From positions 273,625-337,624 of the forward strand of contig JBMOMX010000012.1 of the NCBI GenBank assembly GCA_049323435.1: DNA of 64,000 nt. Reading direction: 5' to 3'. Origin of the DNA: Pseudomonadota bacterium (lineage in GTDB: Bacteria; Pseudomonadota; Alphaproteobacteria; UBA11222). Each line of letters begins with the position of its first letter. Positions within the stretch are counted from its first letter, which is position 1. Under the pieces are notes generated by a model that made no database searches, was not told the DNA's origin, and worked only from the letters and a program-made list of their open reading frames with translations. Positions 1 to 9,025 of this stretch are shown in pieces. A program made the position numbers and the translations under genes.

Positions 1-98
1 GCCCCGCCGGCCTCCAGAGCCTTCAGCGCCTGGGGCAGCCCCTCCCTGGGAGGGCCGAATGGCCCCGGTAGATTTCCGCCAATCCCTATCAGAATCAT
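1..98 (-). CDS. folK: HPPK (2-amino-4-hydroxy-6-hydroxymethyldihydropteridine diphosphokinase), N-terminal fragment; the gene runs off the left edge
   Basis: The reverse complement of 1-98 reads MILIGIGGNLPGPFGPPREGLPQALKALEAGG, which fits the HPPK N-terminal G.G.NL pattern. An AAGGAAG Shine-Dalgarno lies just upstream, at about 102-108 on the + strand. It is missing from the ORF track because it is truncated. Confidence 0.45.
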   Translation of the reverse strand, partial: MILIGIGGNLPGPFGPPREGLPQALKALEAGG

Positions 99-383
99 AG
101 GCTTCCTTATATTGCTATTATTTTGCCAGATGGGTTAATTTTGCAGTAATATGACAGACGCTTCGTATGATAGTCTCTGGACTTCATAGGATGGGCTCCC
201 GGATGACAGTCAATTACTGAAAGCGTTTGGCTGAACCACCGGTTATCACAAATGATTTCAGCGACTGAAATCATGGGCCGCGTGATTGTAATGTCTGCAA
301 GGCGGCATTATCTCTACGTCTGTATCCATGACCATATAAGTGCCTTGGTCTGTTTTTTGAAATATTTTTAAAAAGGTTAGTTT

Positions 384-1100
384 ATGAAATTTTATCAAAA
401 TGAACGTATTGCGCTGTTTATTGACGGATCAAATCTTTATGCGGCTGCACGGGCATTGAATTTTGATATTGATTACAAGCGTCTGCTTGATCACTTCTCG
501 GCAAACAGCATTCTGGTGCGGGCCTTTTATTATACGGCGCTGATTGAAGACCAGGAATATTCACCCATCAGACCCCTTGTCGATTGGCTGGACTATAATG
601 GCTATACCATGGTCACCAAGCCAACCAAGGAATTTACCGACGCTTTTGGCCGTAAAAAGATCAAGGGCAATATGGATATTGAACTGGCCATTGATGTCAT
701 GGAAATGGCTGAACATCTTGACCATGTCATTATTTTTTCCGGAGATGGTGATTTCCGGCGTCTGGTTGAGTCTATTCAGCGTAAAGGGCTGCGCGTCTCG
801 ATCGTGTCCACCGTAAAGTCAAACCCACCCATGATCGCCGATGAATTGCGCCGTCAATGTGACAGATTTATCGAGCTTATGGATATCGCGCCTTTGATCT
901 CGCGGGATTCTGCTGCCCGGCCCACACGCCGGCATGATGATTTTCGCGAAGGCCAGCCCGTATTGGGCGGCACCCGCCGGCTTGACACTGTGCCTGCCAT
1001 GACCGGCGATGACGACTATGATGATGACGATGATTATGACGACGATGATGAAGATGGCGAAGATTATGACGATGATGACGATCAGAGCCCAAGGGCCTGA
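384..1100 (+). CDS. NYN-domain (LabA/DUF88-like) protein with a poly-Asp/Tyr C-terminal tail
   Basis: 238-aa ORF starting at ATG. RIALFIDGSNLY and FSGDGDF are NYN/LabA-like fold signatures. The last ~30 residues are almost pure D/Y/E. Confidence 0.8.
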   Translation: MKFYQNERIALFIDGSNLYAAARALNFDIDYKRLLDHFSANSILVRAFYYTALIEDQEYSPIRPLVDWLDYNGYTMVTKPTKEFTDAFGRKKIKGNMDIELAIDVMEMAEHLDHVIIFSGDGDFRRLVESIQRKGLRVSIVSTVKSNPPMIADELRRQCDRFIELMDIAPLISRDSAARPTRRHDDFREGQPVLGGTRRLDTVPAMTGDDDYDDDDDYDDDDEDGEDYDDDDDQSPRA

Positions 1101-1109
1101 TCGCCAATA

Positions 1110-1748
1110 GTGCTGTTCGAACCGGAACCGGATTGTCGGCTTTGTCCGCGCCTGGCCGGTATGCGCGATGCCAACCGGCTGGCCCAGCCGGACTGGTTTA
1201 ATCGCCCCGTCCCCTCCTTTGGGGATCCTAAGGGACGGCTTGTGATTGTCGGACTGGCTCCTGGCTTGCAGGGCGCAAACCGGACCGGCAGGCCCTTTAC
1301 TGGCGATTATGCAGGCGATCTGCTCTATGCGACGCTCGCCGCGCATGGCTTCACCGAGGGGCAATATGGCGCGCATGCCCTGGACGGCCTGCGCCTGCGC
1401 GATTGCTTGATCAGCAATGCCGTGCGCTGCGTGCCGCCGCAAAACAAGCCGGACCCCGCCGAGATTGCCGCCTGCCGCCCTTTTTTAAAAGCAACCATTG
1501 AAGAAATGGCCAATGCCAGAATAATTCTGGCACTGGGAAAAATCGCGCATGACAGTATTGTGGCCATATTCGGCCTGCGCCTCTCAAATTTTAAATTTGC
1601 GCACGGGGCCTGTCATTCCCTGCCGGGAGGACGCCTGCTTGTCGATAGCTATCACTGCTCACGCTATAATACGAATACGCGCCGCCTGACCCCGGATATG
1701 TTCAATGCGATTTTCGTGCGGATCAGAGAGTTGATCGGACAAACTTAA
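1110..1748 (+). CDS. uracil-DNA glycosylase superfamily protein (family 4/5, UdgB-like)
   Basis: GTG start. The N-terminal CRLCPRL and the motif GLAPGLQGANRTGRPFTGD, with HCSRYN near the C-terminus, are typical of family 4/5 UDGs. Confidence 0.75.
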   Translation: MLFEPEPDCRLCPRLAGMRDANRLAQPDWFNRPVPSFGDPKGRLVIVGLAPGLQGANRTGRPFTGDYAGDLLYATLAAHGFTEGQYGAHALDGLRLRDCLISNAVRCVPPQNKPDPAEIAACRPFLKATIEEMANARIILALGKIAHDSIVAIFGLRLSNFKFAHGACHSLPGGRLLVDSYHCSRYNTNTRRLTPDMFNAIFVRIRELIGQT

Positions 1749-1795
1749 CCGGCCCGTGAGCAAATGACTGTGTCACCCGTCCGGTTCCGGTCCCG

Positions 1796-2299
1796 CTAAC
1801 CCTTCTCGCGCATCAGGCGGCCCTGCTCGCGCTTCCAGTCGCGTTCTTTTTCGGTTGCGCGTTTGTCATGCTGCTTCTTGCCGCTGGCCAGTGAAATCAC
1901 CAGTTTGGCCAGACCGCGATCATTGAAATATAACCGCAATGGAATCAGTGTGATGCCCTGCTGTTTGCGCAGGCCGGATAGACGGCTGATCTGCTTGCGA
2001 TGCAATAGCAGTTTGCGTTTGCGGCGGGGATCATGGCCGTCATAACGCCCCGCCGGATCATAGGGCGGGATATAGGCGTTGATCAGCCACATCTCATCGC
2101 CTTCCGCGCTGGCATAGGATTCCGCAATATTGGCGCGGCCCGCCCGCAACGACTTGACTTCGGAACCTTTGAGCATGATCCCGGCTTCTACAGTTTCGCC
2201 GATTTCATAATTATAACGCGCCTTGCGATTATCCGCCAGCAACCGGCCAGAGTCTGATTTTTTTGCCGGTTTCCTTGCCGCTTTGTTTTTGCCAGCCAT
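1796..2299 (-). CDS. smpB: SsrA-binding protein
   Basis: [10 protein letters not shown]...GSEVKSLR...LLLHRKQI is the SmpB signature. The start is set at the internal MAGKNK (ATG at 2297-2299) because the longer ORF adds a non-homologous Cys/Trp-rich extension. Confidence 0.9.
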   Translation of the reverse strand: MAGKNKAARKPAKKSDSGRLLADNRKARYNYEIGETVEAGIMLKGSEVKSLRAGRANIAESYASAEGDEMWLINAYIPPYDPAGRYDGHDPRRKRKLLLHRKQISRLSGLRKQQGITLIPLRLYFNDRGLAKLVISLASGKKQHDKRATEKERDWKREQGRLMREKG

Positions 2300-2318
2300 T
2301 ATATGTATATGCGGCTTG

Positions 2319-3236
2319 TCAGGATCTGTATGCGGCGGCCGGACTGTCCAGCAGTCCCAGCCCGTCCATTGCCGCCCGCACTGTTTTTTCGGCCGCAGCG
2401 CTGGCTGGAACCATCGGCAGCCGCAATTCATTGCTGCACAGTCCGCGCAAGCTGGCAGCAAATTTAACCGGGGCGGGGCTGGTTTCGACAAACAGCGCAT
2501 CATGCAGCGGCATTAATTTATCCTGCCACTGCAAGGCGGTTTTGAAATCCCCCGCCATCAGGGCGTTTTGAAACGCGGCCAGTTCGGCGGGCGCGACATT
2601 GGCCGAAACAGAAATACAGCCATGCCCGCCATGCGCCGCCTGGCCCAGCGCATTGCCGTCATCGCCGGAAAGCTGAATGAAGTCCGCTCCGATGGCGGCG
2701 CGTTGCAGCGAGGTCCGCGTAATGTCATTTGCGGCATCTTTCACACCAACAATGTTCGGCAGTTTCGCCAAACGCGCCATTGTCTCGACGGTCATATTCA
2801 CCCCGGTGCGCCCCGGTATATTATAAATCAGAATCGGAATATCCGCTGCATCATTCAACGCTTTGTAATGCTGATACATGCCTTCCTGAACTGGTTTGTT
2901 GTAATAAGGAACAACCACCAGCACGCCCGCCGCCCCTGCCCGTTTGGCATGCAGGGTCAGATCAATCGCTTCGGCGGTCGAATTGGATCCGGTGCCCGCG
3001 ATCACCGGTACGCGCCCCGCTGCCGCCTCGATGCATAATTCCACAACCCGTTTATGTTCAGCATGATCCAGCGTGGGGGATTCACCTGTCGTGCCGCAAG
3101 GCACAAGCCCATGCGATCCCTGGCCAATCTGCCACTCAACCAGAGACTGAAACGCCTTGTCGTCCACCTTGCCGTCACGAAACGGGGTGATAAGCGCCGG
3201 GATTGAGCCAAAAAACAAAGGCCTGGATGAGGGCAT
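2319..3236 (-). CDS. dapA: 4-hydroxy-tetrahydrodipicolinate synthase
   Basis: ALITPF...[12 protein letters not shown]...YNKP...IYNIPGRTG are DapA family motifs. 305 aa. Confidence 0.92.
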   Translation of the reverse strand: MPSSRPLFFGSIPALITPFRDGKVDDKAFQSLVEWQIGQGSHGLVPCGTTGESPTLDHAEHKRVVELCIEAAAGRVPVIAGTGSNSTAEAIDLTLHAKRAGAAGVLVVVPYYNKPVQEGMYQHYKALNDAADIPILIYNIPGRTGVNMTVETMARLAKLPNIVGVKDAANDITRTSLQRAAIGADFIQLSGDDGNALGQAAHGGHGCISVSANVAPAELAAFQNALMAGDFKTALQWQDKLMPLHDALFVETSPAPVKFAASLRGLCSNELRLPMVPASAAAEKTVRAAMDGLGLLDSPAAAYRS

Positions 3237-3438
3237 GGGCCGCCTGTGGCTAGAAGTTGAAAGATTAAAGGGAAATTACCATACTGACATGTCGTGGCAA
3301 GACCGCCTTTACAAGCTTTAATGCAGCCATGATCTTAATACATCTGAAATATATGATCTTATTAGATTAAAGATATAAGGCTTGGTAGAGACCCTGCCCG
3401 CGCGTAAACTCGCGCCCGCTGTGATTAAGAGATTCGAA

Positions 3439-5520
3439 ATGCTGTTTGCATGGTTTTCAGTTAAACGCATCTGGCGCTTTCTGCCTGCCGTCAGTATCAT
3501 ACTGGGTGTTTCTGCCGGACTGATACTGATGGCGCAGGCGCAGGCGGCCCAGCGTGACAGCCTTACCACGCAGGCAATCGGGGCCGCCAGTCAGGGAAGC
3601 TGGTCCTATGCCCACAAGCTGGCAGCGCAAAGCGGCGATCCGGTAGTACGCAAGCTGGTTGAATATCTCTATCTTACCTCGGGGCGCGCCGATCCCAGCT
3701 TTGCCGAGATTGCAAAATTTCTGATCGCCAATCCCAAATGGCCGGGACAGAAAGAGCTGATTGTGCGCGCCGAACACAGTTTCATGCCCGCCATGCCATT
3801 GCGCGAAAAGGTGGAATGGTTCCGCCGCTATCCCCCCTATACGGCAAAAGGAAAATATCAGGCGGCGCAGACATTTCTTGAGGCGGGCGACCGCAAAGCG
3901 GGCCAGCGGTTCCTGCGCGAAGTGTGGCGTGACGGCGGGTTTGAAATAGAAATGGAACGCGAGATTTTGCGCAATCACGGCCATTTGCTGGACCGGCAGG
4001 ATCATATTGCGCGCTTTGACGGCCTGTTGTGGCGCGGTCAACGCGATGCGGCGGTGCGCATGGTCAAACTTGTCGGCCGCGATATGGAACTGCTTGGCGT
4101 TGCGCGCATGGCCCTGCGCTATCGGGCGCCGAATGTGGAAGCGGCGCTGGCGCGGGTGCCGAAACTTCTGCGCACCGATCCCGGGCTGTTTTACGAACGG
4201 ATTATGTGGCGTTTGAACAGCGGCAAGCCGGATCTGGCGCTGCAACTCGCACATGGCGCGGCGGGCAGCCTGCGTGCGCCGCAAACCTCGCTGGGCAGTA
4301 TGTGGTGGGAGCATCAGGAAAATCTGGCCCGGCTGGCGCTGGAGAAACGCGATTACATGACGGCCTACCGCGTGGCCGCCACCCATAATTTCCAGCCGCC
4401 GGACGAGGCCGCACCCTTTGCAGAGGCGGAATTTCTGGCCGGCTGGATCGCGTTACGGTTTTTGAAGCAGCCGGAAAAAGCGTTTCCGCACTTCACGCGG
4501 CTTTATAATGCGGTGACATCTCCCATGAGCCGCAGCCGGGGCGCCTATTGGGCCGGGCGTGCCGCCGAGGCGAAGCGCGATCAGAAAGCAGCAAAATTCT
4601 GGTATGGCGAAGCCGCGCGCTATCCTGTCAGCTTTTATGGCCAGCTCGCTGCCGAGTGGAATGGCGGCACGGTGGTCCGCGCCGCGCTGGATAATACCAA
4701 ACGCCCTTCGCCACAGGAACTGAATAATTATGCGCAGCAGGAACTCGCGCGCGCTACGAAAATTCTGCTTTCCCTTAACAAGGATATGCTGGCAAAGCAA
4801 TTTTATATCGCGCTGGTGGAATCATCCAGCAAACCGCAGGATTACAGGCTGGCGGCAGCCTTCGCCACGGAGCTGCAACGCCGGGATTTTGGCGTGCTTG
4901 CAGCCAAACAGGCGGGCCGGGACGCCGTGTGGCTGTTTGAGGAAGGCTATCCGGTGCTCAACCTGCCCTCCGATCTGACTGGCCGCGGCGGCCCGGAAAT
5001 ACCCCTGATCCTGGCTTTGTCGAAACAGGAGAGCGGCTTCAACAGCAAAGCCGTCAGCCCTGCGGGCGCGCTGGGCCTGATGCAGCTGATGCCCGCCACC
5101 GCGGAGGAAACCGCCCGCAAGATAAAGCTGCCATATTCACCGCAACGCCTGACCCAGGATCCGGTATATAATCTTCGTTTGGGTACGTCCTATCTGGACA
5201 AAATGCTGGCTAATTATGACGGCTCCTATGTGATGGCGCTGGCGGCCTATAATGCGGGCGGCAGCCGTGTCTATAAATGGGCGGCAAAAAATGGCGATCC
5301 GCGCAAACCCGGCACCGATGTGATCGACTGGATCGAGCAGATCCCGTTCAACGAAACCCGCAACTATGTGCAGCGCGTGATGGAAGGCGTCGGCGTCTAC
5401 CGCCTGCGGCTGGGTGTCACCGGCGATCCGTTCCGCATCGACACCGACCTGCTGCGCGGCCGCCCGGCGCAGACCATGCAGTTTCAACCGCCCGGAAAAC
5501 CCGCCCGCAAGGCGGGATGA
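3439..5520 (+). CDS. soluble lytic murein transglycosylase (Slt70-like, SLT domain)
   Basis: The C-terminal SLT catalytic block is SKQESGFNSKAVSPAGALGLMQLMPATA...AYNAG, preceded by a long helical superhelix region. The start is placed at the ATG before the signal/TM segment MLFAWFSVKRIWRFLPAVSIILGV. The track ORF begins at a TTG at 3382. Confidence 0.8.
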   Translation: MLFAWFSVKRIWRFLPAVSIILGVSAGLILMAQAQAAQRDSLTTQAIGAASQGSWSYAHKLAAQSGDPVVRKLVEYLYLTSGRADPSFAEIAKFLIANPKWPGQKELIVRAEHSFMPAMPLREKVEWFRRYPPYTAKGKYQAAQTFLEAGDRKAGQRFLREVWRDGGFEIEMEREILRNHGHLLDRQDHIARFDGLLWRGQRDAAVRMVKLVGRDMELLGVARMALRYRAPNVEAALARVPKLLRTDPGLFYERIMWRLNSGKPDLALQLAHGAAGSLRAPQTSLGSMWWEHQENLARLALEKRDYMTAYRVAATHNFQPPDEAAPFAEAEFLAGWIALRFLKQPEKAFPHFTRLYNAVTSPMSRSRGAYWAGRAAEAKRDQKAAKFWYGEAARYPVSFYGQLAAEWNGGTVVRAALDNTKRPSPQELNNYAQQELARATKILLSLNKDMLAKQFYIALVESSSKPQDYRLAAAFATELQRRDFGVLAAKQAGRDAVWLFEEGYPVLNLPSDLTGRGGPEIPLILALSKQESGFNSKAVSPAGALGLMQLMPATAEETARKIKLPYSPQRLTQDPVYNLRLGTSYLDKMLANYDGSYVMALAAYNAGGSRVYKWAAKNGDPRKPGTDVIDWIEQIPFNETRNYVQRVMEGVGVYRLRLGVTGDPFRIDTDLLRGRPAQTMQFQPPGKPARKAG

Positions 5521-5525
5521 GGGGG

Positions 5526-5975
5526 CTACCCCTTCCGCTTCACAGCCTGGATCATCTGCTCGAAGCCATTGAGGAAATTTGAGCACTCACGCTTGCCAAA
5601 GCCCGCGCTCTGGCTGTTGATGGCGCCCTGTTCGCGCAGCTGGGTCAGCAGATTGCGGGTGGCAAGCACGTCGCCGATGCTGGCCTCGGTGAACGGCTTG
5701 CCGTTCGGGCCGATACAGGCCGCGCCCGCCTTGATCACCCGTGCGGCCAGCGGAATATCGGCGGTAACGCAAATATCGCCCGGTCCGATCTGCTCGACGA
5801 TCCAGTCATCGGCGGCGTCCGGCGTATTGGGCGCCACATGCTGGCGCACCAGCGGCCCATCGACGCCGCGCAGCCACTGATTGCTGACCAGCACCACCGG
5901 CAGCGCGTGTCGCGCCGCCACTTTCAGCGCCTCTTGCTTTACCGGGCAGGCATCGCCGTCAATGTAGATTTGCAT
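5526..5975 (-). CDS. YaiI/YqxD family protein (UPF0178)
   Basis: MQIYIDGDACPVK at the N-terminus is the hallmark of this family. The start is set at this internal ATG (5973-5975). Confidence 0.8.
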   Translation of the reverse strand: MQIYIDGDACPVKQEALKVAARHALPVVLVSNQWLRGVDGPLVRQHVAPNTPDAADDWIVEQIGPGDICVTADIPLAARVIKAGAACIGPNGKPFTEASIGDVLATRNLLTQLREQGAINSQSAGFGKRECSNFLNGFEQMIQAVKRKG

Positions 5976-6024
5976 GATGTTCACTGCGCGATATAGCACC
6001 TTACGTTTTGTTATGTGCTCGACC

Positions 6025-6126
6025 AAAACTCAGGCCTGTCACCCCGGATTTATTCCGGGGTCCAGGGCCGCACGCTATGGCCTGAGTTTGTAACCCTAGC
6101 CCCCGCAACAAGTGCGGGGTGACAGC
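6025..6126. repeat. REP-like nested palindromic element (CTGTCAY-headed family)
   Basis: ctgtcaccccggatttattccggggtccagg is paired with the inverted ccccgcaacaagtgcggggtgacag. An outer inverted repeat aaactcaggcc / ggcctgagttt is also present. It is related to the elements at 48459-48554 and 53412-53482. Confidence 0.7.
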
Positions 6127-6177
6127 GTATGTGGTGGCGTGTGAAGACAATTATTCTTCACGTTTAATCCGCCTGCA

Positions 6178-7104
6178 TCACATGCCGTACAGATCGGCCT
6201 TGTCGAGTGTGTTCTGCACGATGCGCACCGAGGCGGCGTCGATCATCATGCCTTCATAGGTGACCGCGCCCTCGCCGCGCGCCAATGCTTCGTCATAGGC
6301 CTTGGCCATGGCGCGGGCGCGCAGCACTTCTTTCGGATCGGGCGAGAACACCGCCTGCGCAATATCCACCTGGCTGGGATGGATCGCCCATTTGCCAACC
6401 ATGCCTAGGATAGAGGCGCGTTCCGCCTCACGCCGGTAGGCGTCGGGATTTTTGAAATTGGCGAACGGCCCATCGACCGGATCGAGCCCGTTGGCGCGCG
6501 CGGCGATGGTCATTTTGTAGCGGGTGTAATGCCAGATGTCGCCGGGATAGGCGCTGTCGCCCCCGATATGGCGCACATCAATGCCCTGACTGGCGGAATA
6601 ATCGCCCATGCCGAAAATCAGACATTCCAGACGCGGCGTGGATTTGGCGATTTCCTCGACATTCATCATGCCTTCGACTTCCTCGATCAGCACTTCGATG
6701 CCGATACGGCCTTCGACAAGGCCCAGTTTTTTCTCCAGCTGATTAAGCAGCGTATCGACAAAGGTCAGATCATGCGCCGACTTCGCCTTGGTCAGCATGA
6801 TGGTGTCGAGATTGCGCCCGGCCTTGGTCACCACTTCGATAATGTCATCATGGCACCATTCGGTGGCGCAATCATTGACCCGCACGCAGCGCACCTTCTT
6901 GCCCCAGTCAAGATTATTCAACGCATCGGCAATCATGCCGCGCGCGCCGGGCTTGGCGCTGGGCGCCACCGCGTCTTCCAGATCCAGAAACACATGATCG
7001 ACATTAGGGATGCCCACCGCCTTGACCATCATTTTTTCGCTGCTGCCGGGCACCGATAGCTGACAGCGCCGGGCGCGCTTGGGACGTTTATTATGATGGG
7101 CCAT
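6178..7104 (-). CDS. HpcH/HpaI-CitE family acyl-CoA lyase (malyl-/beta-methylmalyl-/citramalyl-CoA lyase-like)
   Basis: RCQLSVPGS...FLDLEDAVAP...LDWG...VRVN...IEVLIE...VEEIA...PRLECLIFGMGDYSAS matches the CitE/Mcl-type pattern. The start is set at MAHHNK (ATG at 7102-7104) because upstream ORF sequence runs into a repeat element. Confidence 0.8.
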   Translation of the reverse strand: MAHHNKRPKRARRCQLSVPGSSEKMMVKAVGIPNVDHVFLDLEDAVAPSAKPGARGMIADALNNLDWGKKVRCVRVNDCATEWCHDDIIEVVTKAGRNLDTIMLTKAKSAHDLTFVDTLLNQLEKKLGLVEGRIGIEVLIEEVEGMMNVEEIAKSTPRLECLIFGMGDYSASQGIDVRHIGGDSAYPGDIWHYTRYKMTIAARANGLDPVDGPFANFKNPDAYRREAERASILGMVGKWAIHPSQVDIAQAVFSPDPKEVLRARAMAKAYDEALARGEGAVTYEGMMIDAASVRIVQNTLDKADLYGM

Positions 7105-7167
7105 GTTGTTCTCCTGTGATTTGTTTAACTGTAACGTCTCAATAGGTTGTTCGCAAAGCGAGATCAA

Positions 7168-7302
7168 ATTCCTCCCTCCCCCTGCAAGGGGGAGGGCTGG
7201 GGTGGGGGTCCAGCAGCGACTGCCCAAGGCAAGGCCGCAATATTATTTACCGCAGCGTTGACCCCCTCCCTAACCCTCCCCCTTGCTGGGGGAGGGAATC
7301 CA
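7168..7302. repeat. inverted pair of ~40-nt GGGGAGGG-core elements
   Basis: ttcctccctccccctgcaagggggagggctggggtgggggtc (about 7169-7210) faces its near reverse complement gaccccctccctaaccctcccccttgctgggggagggaatcc (about 7260-7301). The same element pair occurs at 36490-36592. Confidence 0.75.
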
Positions 7303-7335
7303 TCCTCCTACGAATAACCCGTTGATACATGACAT

Positions 7336-8559
7336 CTACCGAATGACGCCCGCATCGCGCAGCGCCGCAATTTCTTCCGCCGGATAACCGGCGTCCTGCA
7401 ATATCGCATCCGTGTCCTCGCCCAGCAAGGCGCCACGCCGCGCTACGCCGCCGGGCGTTTTAGTCATATGCACCGGCGTGCCCGCGATGCGCACTTTGCC
7501 TTTGCCCGGCTGCTCCACCTCGGGCAGCATATTGCGCGCCGCCGTATGCGGATCGGCGAAAATATCGGCGGCGTTATTCACCGGGCCAAACGGAATTTTT
7601 CCGCCCAGAATTTTCGCAAGCTCCAGCTTGGTTAGCGTCCGGGTCCAGCCGCTGACCAGCGCCACGACTTCGGAATTATGCTTCACCCGCGACGGGTTTA
7701 GCGCATAGCGTTCATCCGCGGCCAGTTCCGGCCGGCCCATCGCGTCGGCCAGTGTTTTCCAGAAATGATCCTGCGGACAGGCAATCGACACCCAGCCATC
7801 CTTCGCCGGAAACAGGCCAAACGGGCAGAGCAGCGGATGCGAATTACCCTCCGGCCCCGGCACGACGCCGTCATAACTATGCTGATAGACAAGGCGTTCG
7901 CACACCGCCAGAATGGCGTCATACATGCCGACATCGACGAACTGCCCCTCGCCGGTTTTTTCGGCATGGCGCACCGCCGCCAGAATGCCAAACGCCATCA
8001 GCATGGCCGGCACAATATCGCCAACACCCGGCCCGATTTTCAGCGGCGTGTGCGCATCCGGCCCGGTAATGCCCATAATGCCGCCCATCGCCTGGGCGAT
8101 CACGTCAAAGGCCGGCCAGTCCGCATACGGACTTTTACCGGTTCTGGGATCGCCAAAACCGCGGATCGTGGCGTACACCAGACGCGGATTGATTTTGGCG
8201 AGGCTCTCATAGGAAAGGCCGAGCCTGTCCATCACGCCGACGCGGTAATTTTCCACCAGCACATCGGCGTCTTTCACCAGACGGCGCAGCACCTCTTTGC
8301 CCGCGTCCGATTTCAGATCAAGCGCAATTGACAGCTTGTTGCGGTTGACGCTCTGATAATATCCGGCATAGGGCATGGCCGATCCTTTGGGCAGGCTGAC
8401 CGAACGGGTCATGTCACCGCCCTTTAGCGGCTCGACCTTGATGATCGTCGCGCCCTGATCGCCCAGCAGCATGGTGGCGAACGGCCCGGCCATCATCATG
8501 GTCAGATCAATGACCCTGAGGCCCTTCAGCGCGCCATTGCGGACCGGGGATTCGATCAT
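7336..8559 (-). CDS. CaiB/BaiF family III CoA-transferase
   Basis: LKGLRVIDLTMMMAGPFATMLLGDQGA...VENYRVGVMDRLGL is the family III CoA-transferase signature. 407 aa. Confidence 0.88.
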   Translation of the reverse strand: MIESPVRNGALKGLRVIDLTMMMAGPFATMLLGDQGATIIKVEPLKGGDMTRSVSLPKGSAMPYAGYYQSVNRNKLSIALDLKSDAGKEVLRRLVKDADVLVENYRVGVMDRLGLSYESLAKINPRLVYATIRGFGDPRTGKSPYADWPAFDVIAQAMGGIMGITGPDAHTPLKIGPGVGDIVPAMLMAFGILAAVRHAEKTGEGQFVDVGMYDAILAVCERLVYQHSYDGVVPGPEGNSHPLLCPFGLFPAKDGWVSIACPQDHFWKTLADAMGRPELAADERYALNPSRVKHNSEVVALVSGWTRTLTKLELAKILGGKIPFGPVNNAADIFADPHTAARNMLPEVEQPGKGKVRIAGTPVHMTKTPGGVARRGALLGEDTDAILQDAGYPAEEIAALRDAGVIR

Positions 8560-9023
8560 TTTGCGCTGCGCTTTTTAATCAGCACCCGGCGTTCACCTTC
8601 AAACACTTCCTTGCCATCCTGGTTATAGCCATAATGTTTGAAATGCACGATGCCCGCATCTTTCTGGCCACTATCATCCTTGGCCAGAACTTCCGTATAC
8701 GCATAGAGTGTGTCGCCATGAAACACCGGGCCTTTCAGCCGGATTTTATCCATGCCAATTTCGCGCAGGGCGTTTTCGCCGGTGTCCTGCATCGACAGGC
8801 CAATGACCGTGGCGATGGTGACGCCGCCAAAATTCACCCGGTGCGGAAATATCGCGCCGGATTTCTGCATCACATCTTCGTTGAAATGCCCCTCGGCAGT
8901 GTTCATGACCTGTAGCGTGGTGCCAACATTGTCATATTCCATGATGGTCTTGCCGCGCGCGTGTTTGTATACGTCGCCCACGGTGAAATCCTCATAGTAA
9001 TTATGCGATCCGGTAAGCGCCAT
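8556..9023 (-). CDS. MaoC-like (hotdog-fold) dehydratase/hydratase subunit
   Basis: 155 aa with a hotdog-fold pattern (YEDFTVGDVY...GHFNED...GDTLYAYTEV). Its stop overlaps the start of the CoA-transferase gene by 4 nt. Confidence 0.78.
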   Translation of the reverse strand: MALTGSHNYYEDFTVGDVYKHARGKTIMEYDNVGTTLQVMNTAEGHFNEDVMQKSGAIFPHRVNFGGVTIATVIGLSMQDTGENALREIGMDKIRLKGPVFHGDTLYAYTEVLAKDDSGQKDAGIVHFKHYGYNQDGKEVFEGERRVLIKKRSAK

Positions 9024-9025
9024 GA

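Noticed and set aside
100-383. Possible small RNA or riboswitch in the 285-nt AT-rich folK / NYN divergent region (hairpin atgatttcag-cgac-ctgaaatcat at about 252-275).
   Set aside because: There is only one short hairpin and no recognisable conserved motif. It is most simply a divergent promoter region.
7168-7302. CRISPR-like array, suggested by repeated GC-rich ~40-nt units here and at 36490-36592.
   Set aside because: There are only two copies per locus and they are in inverted, not direct, orientation. There are no regularly sized spacers and no cas genes. They fit REP/MITE-type elements.
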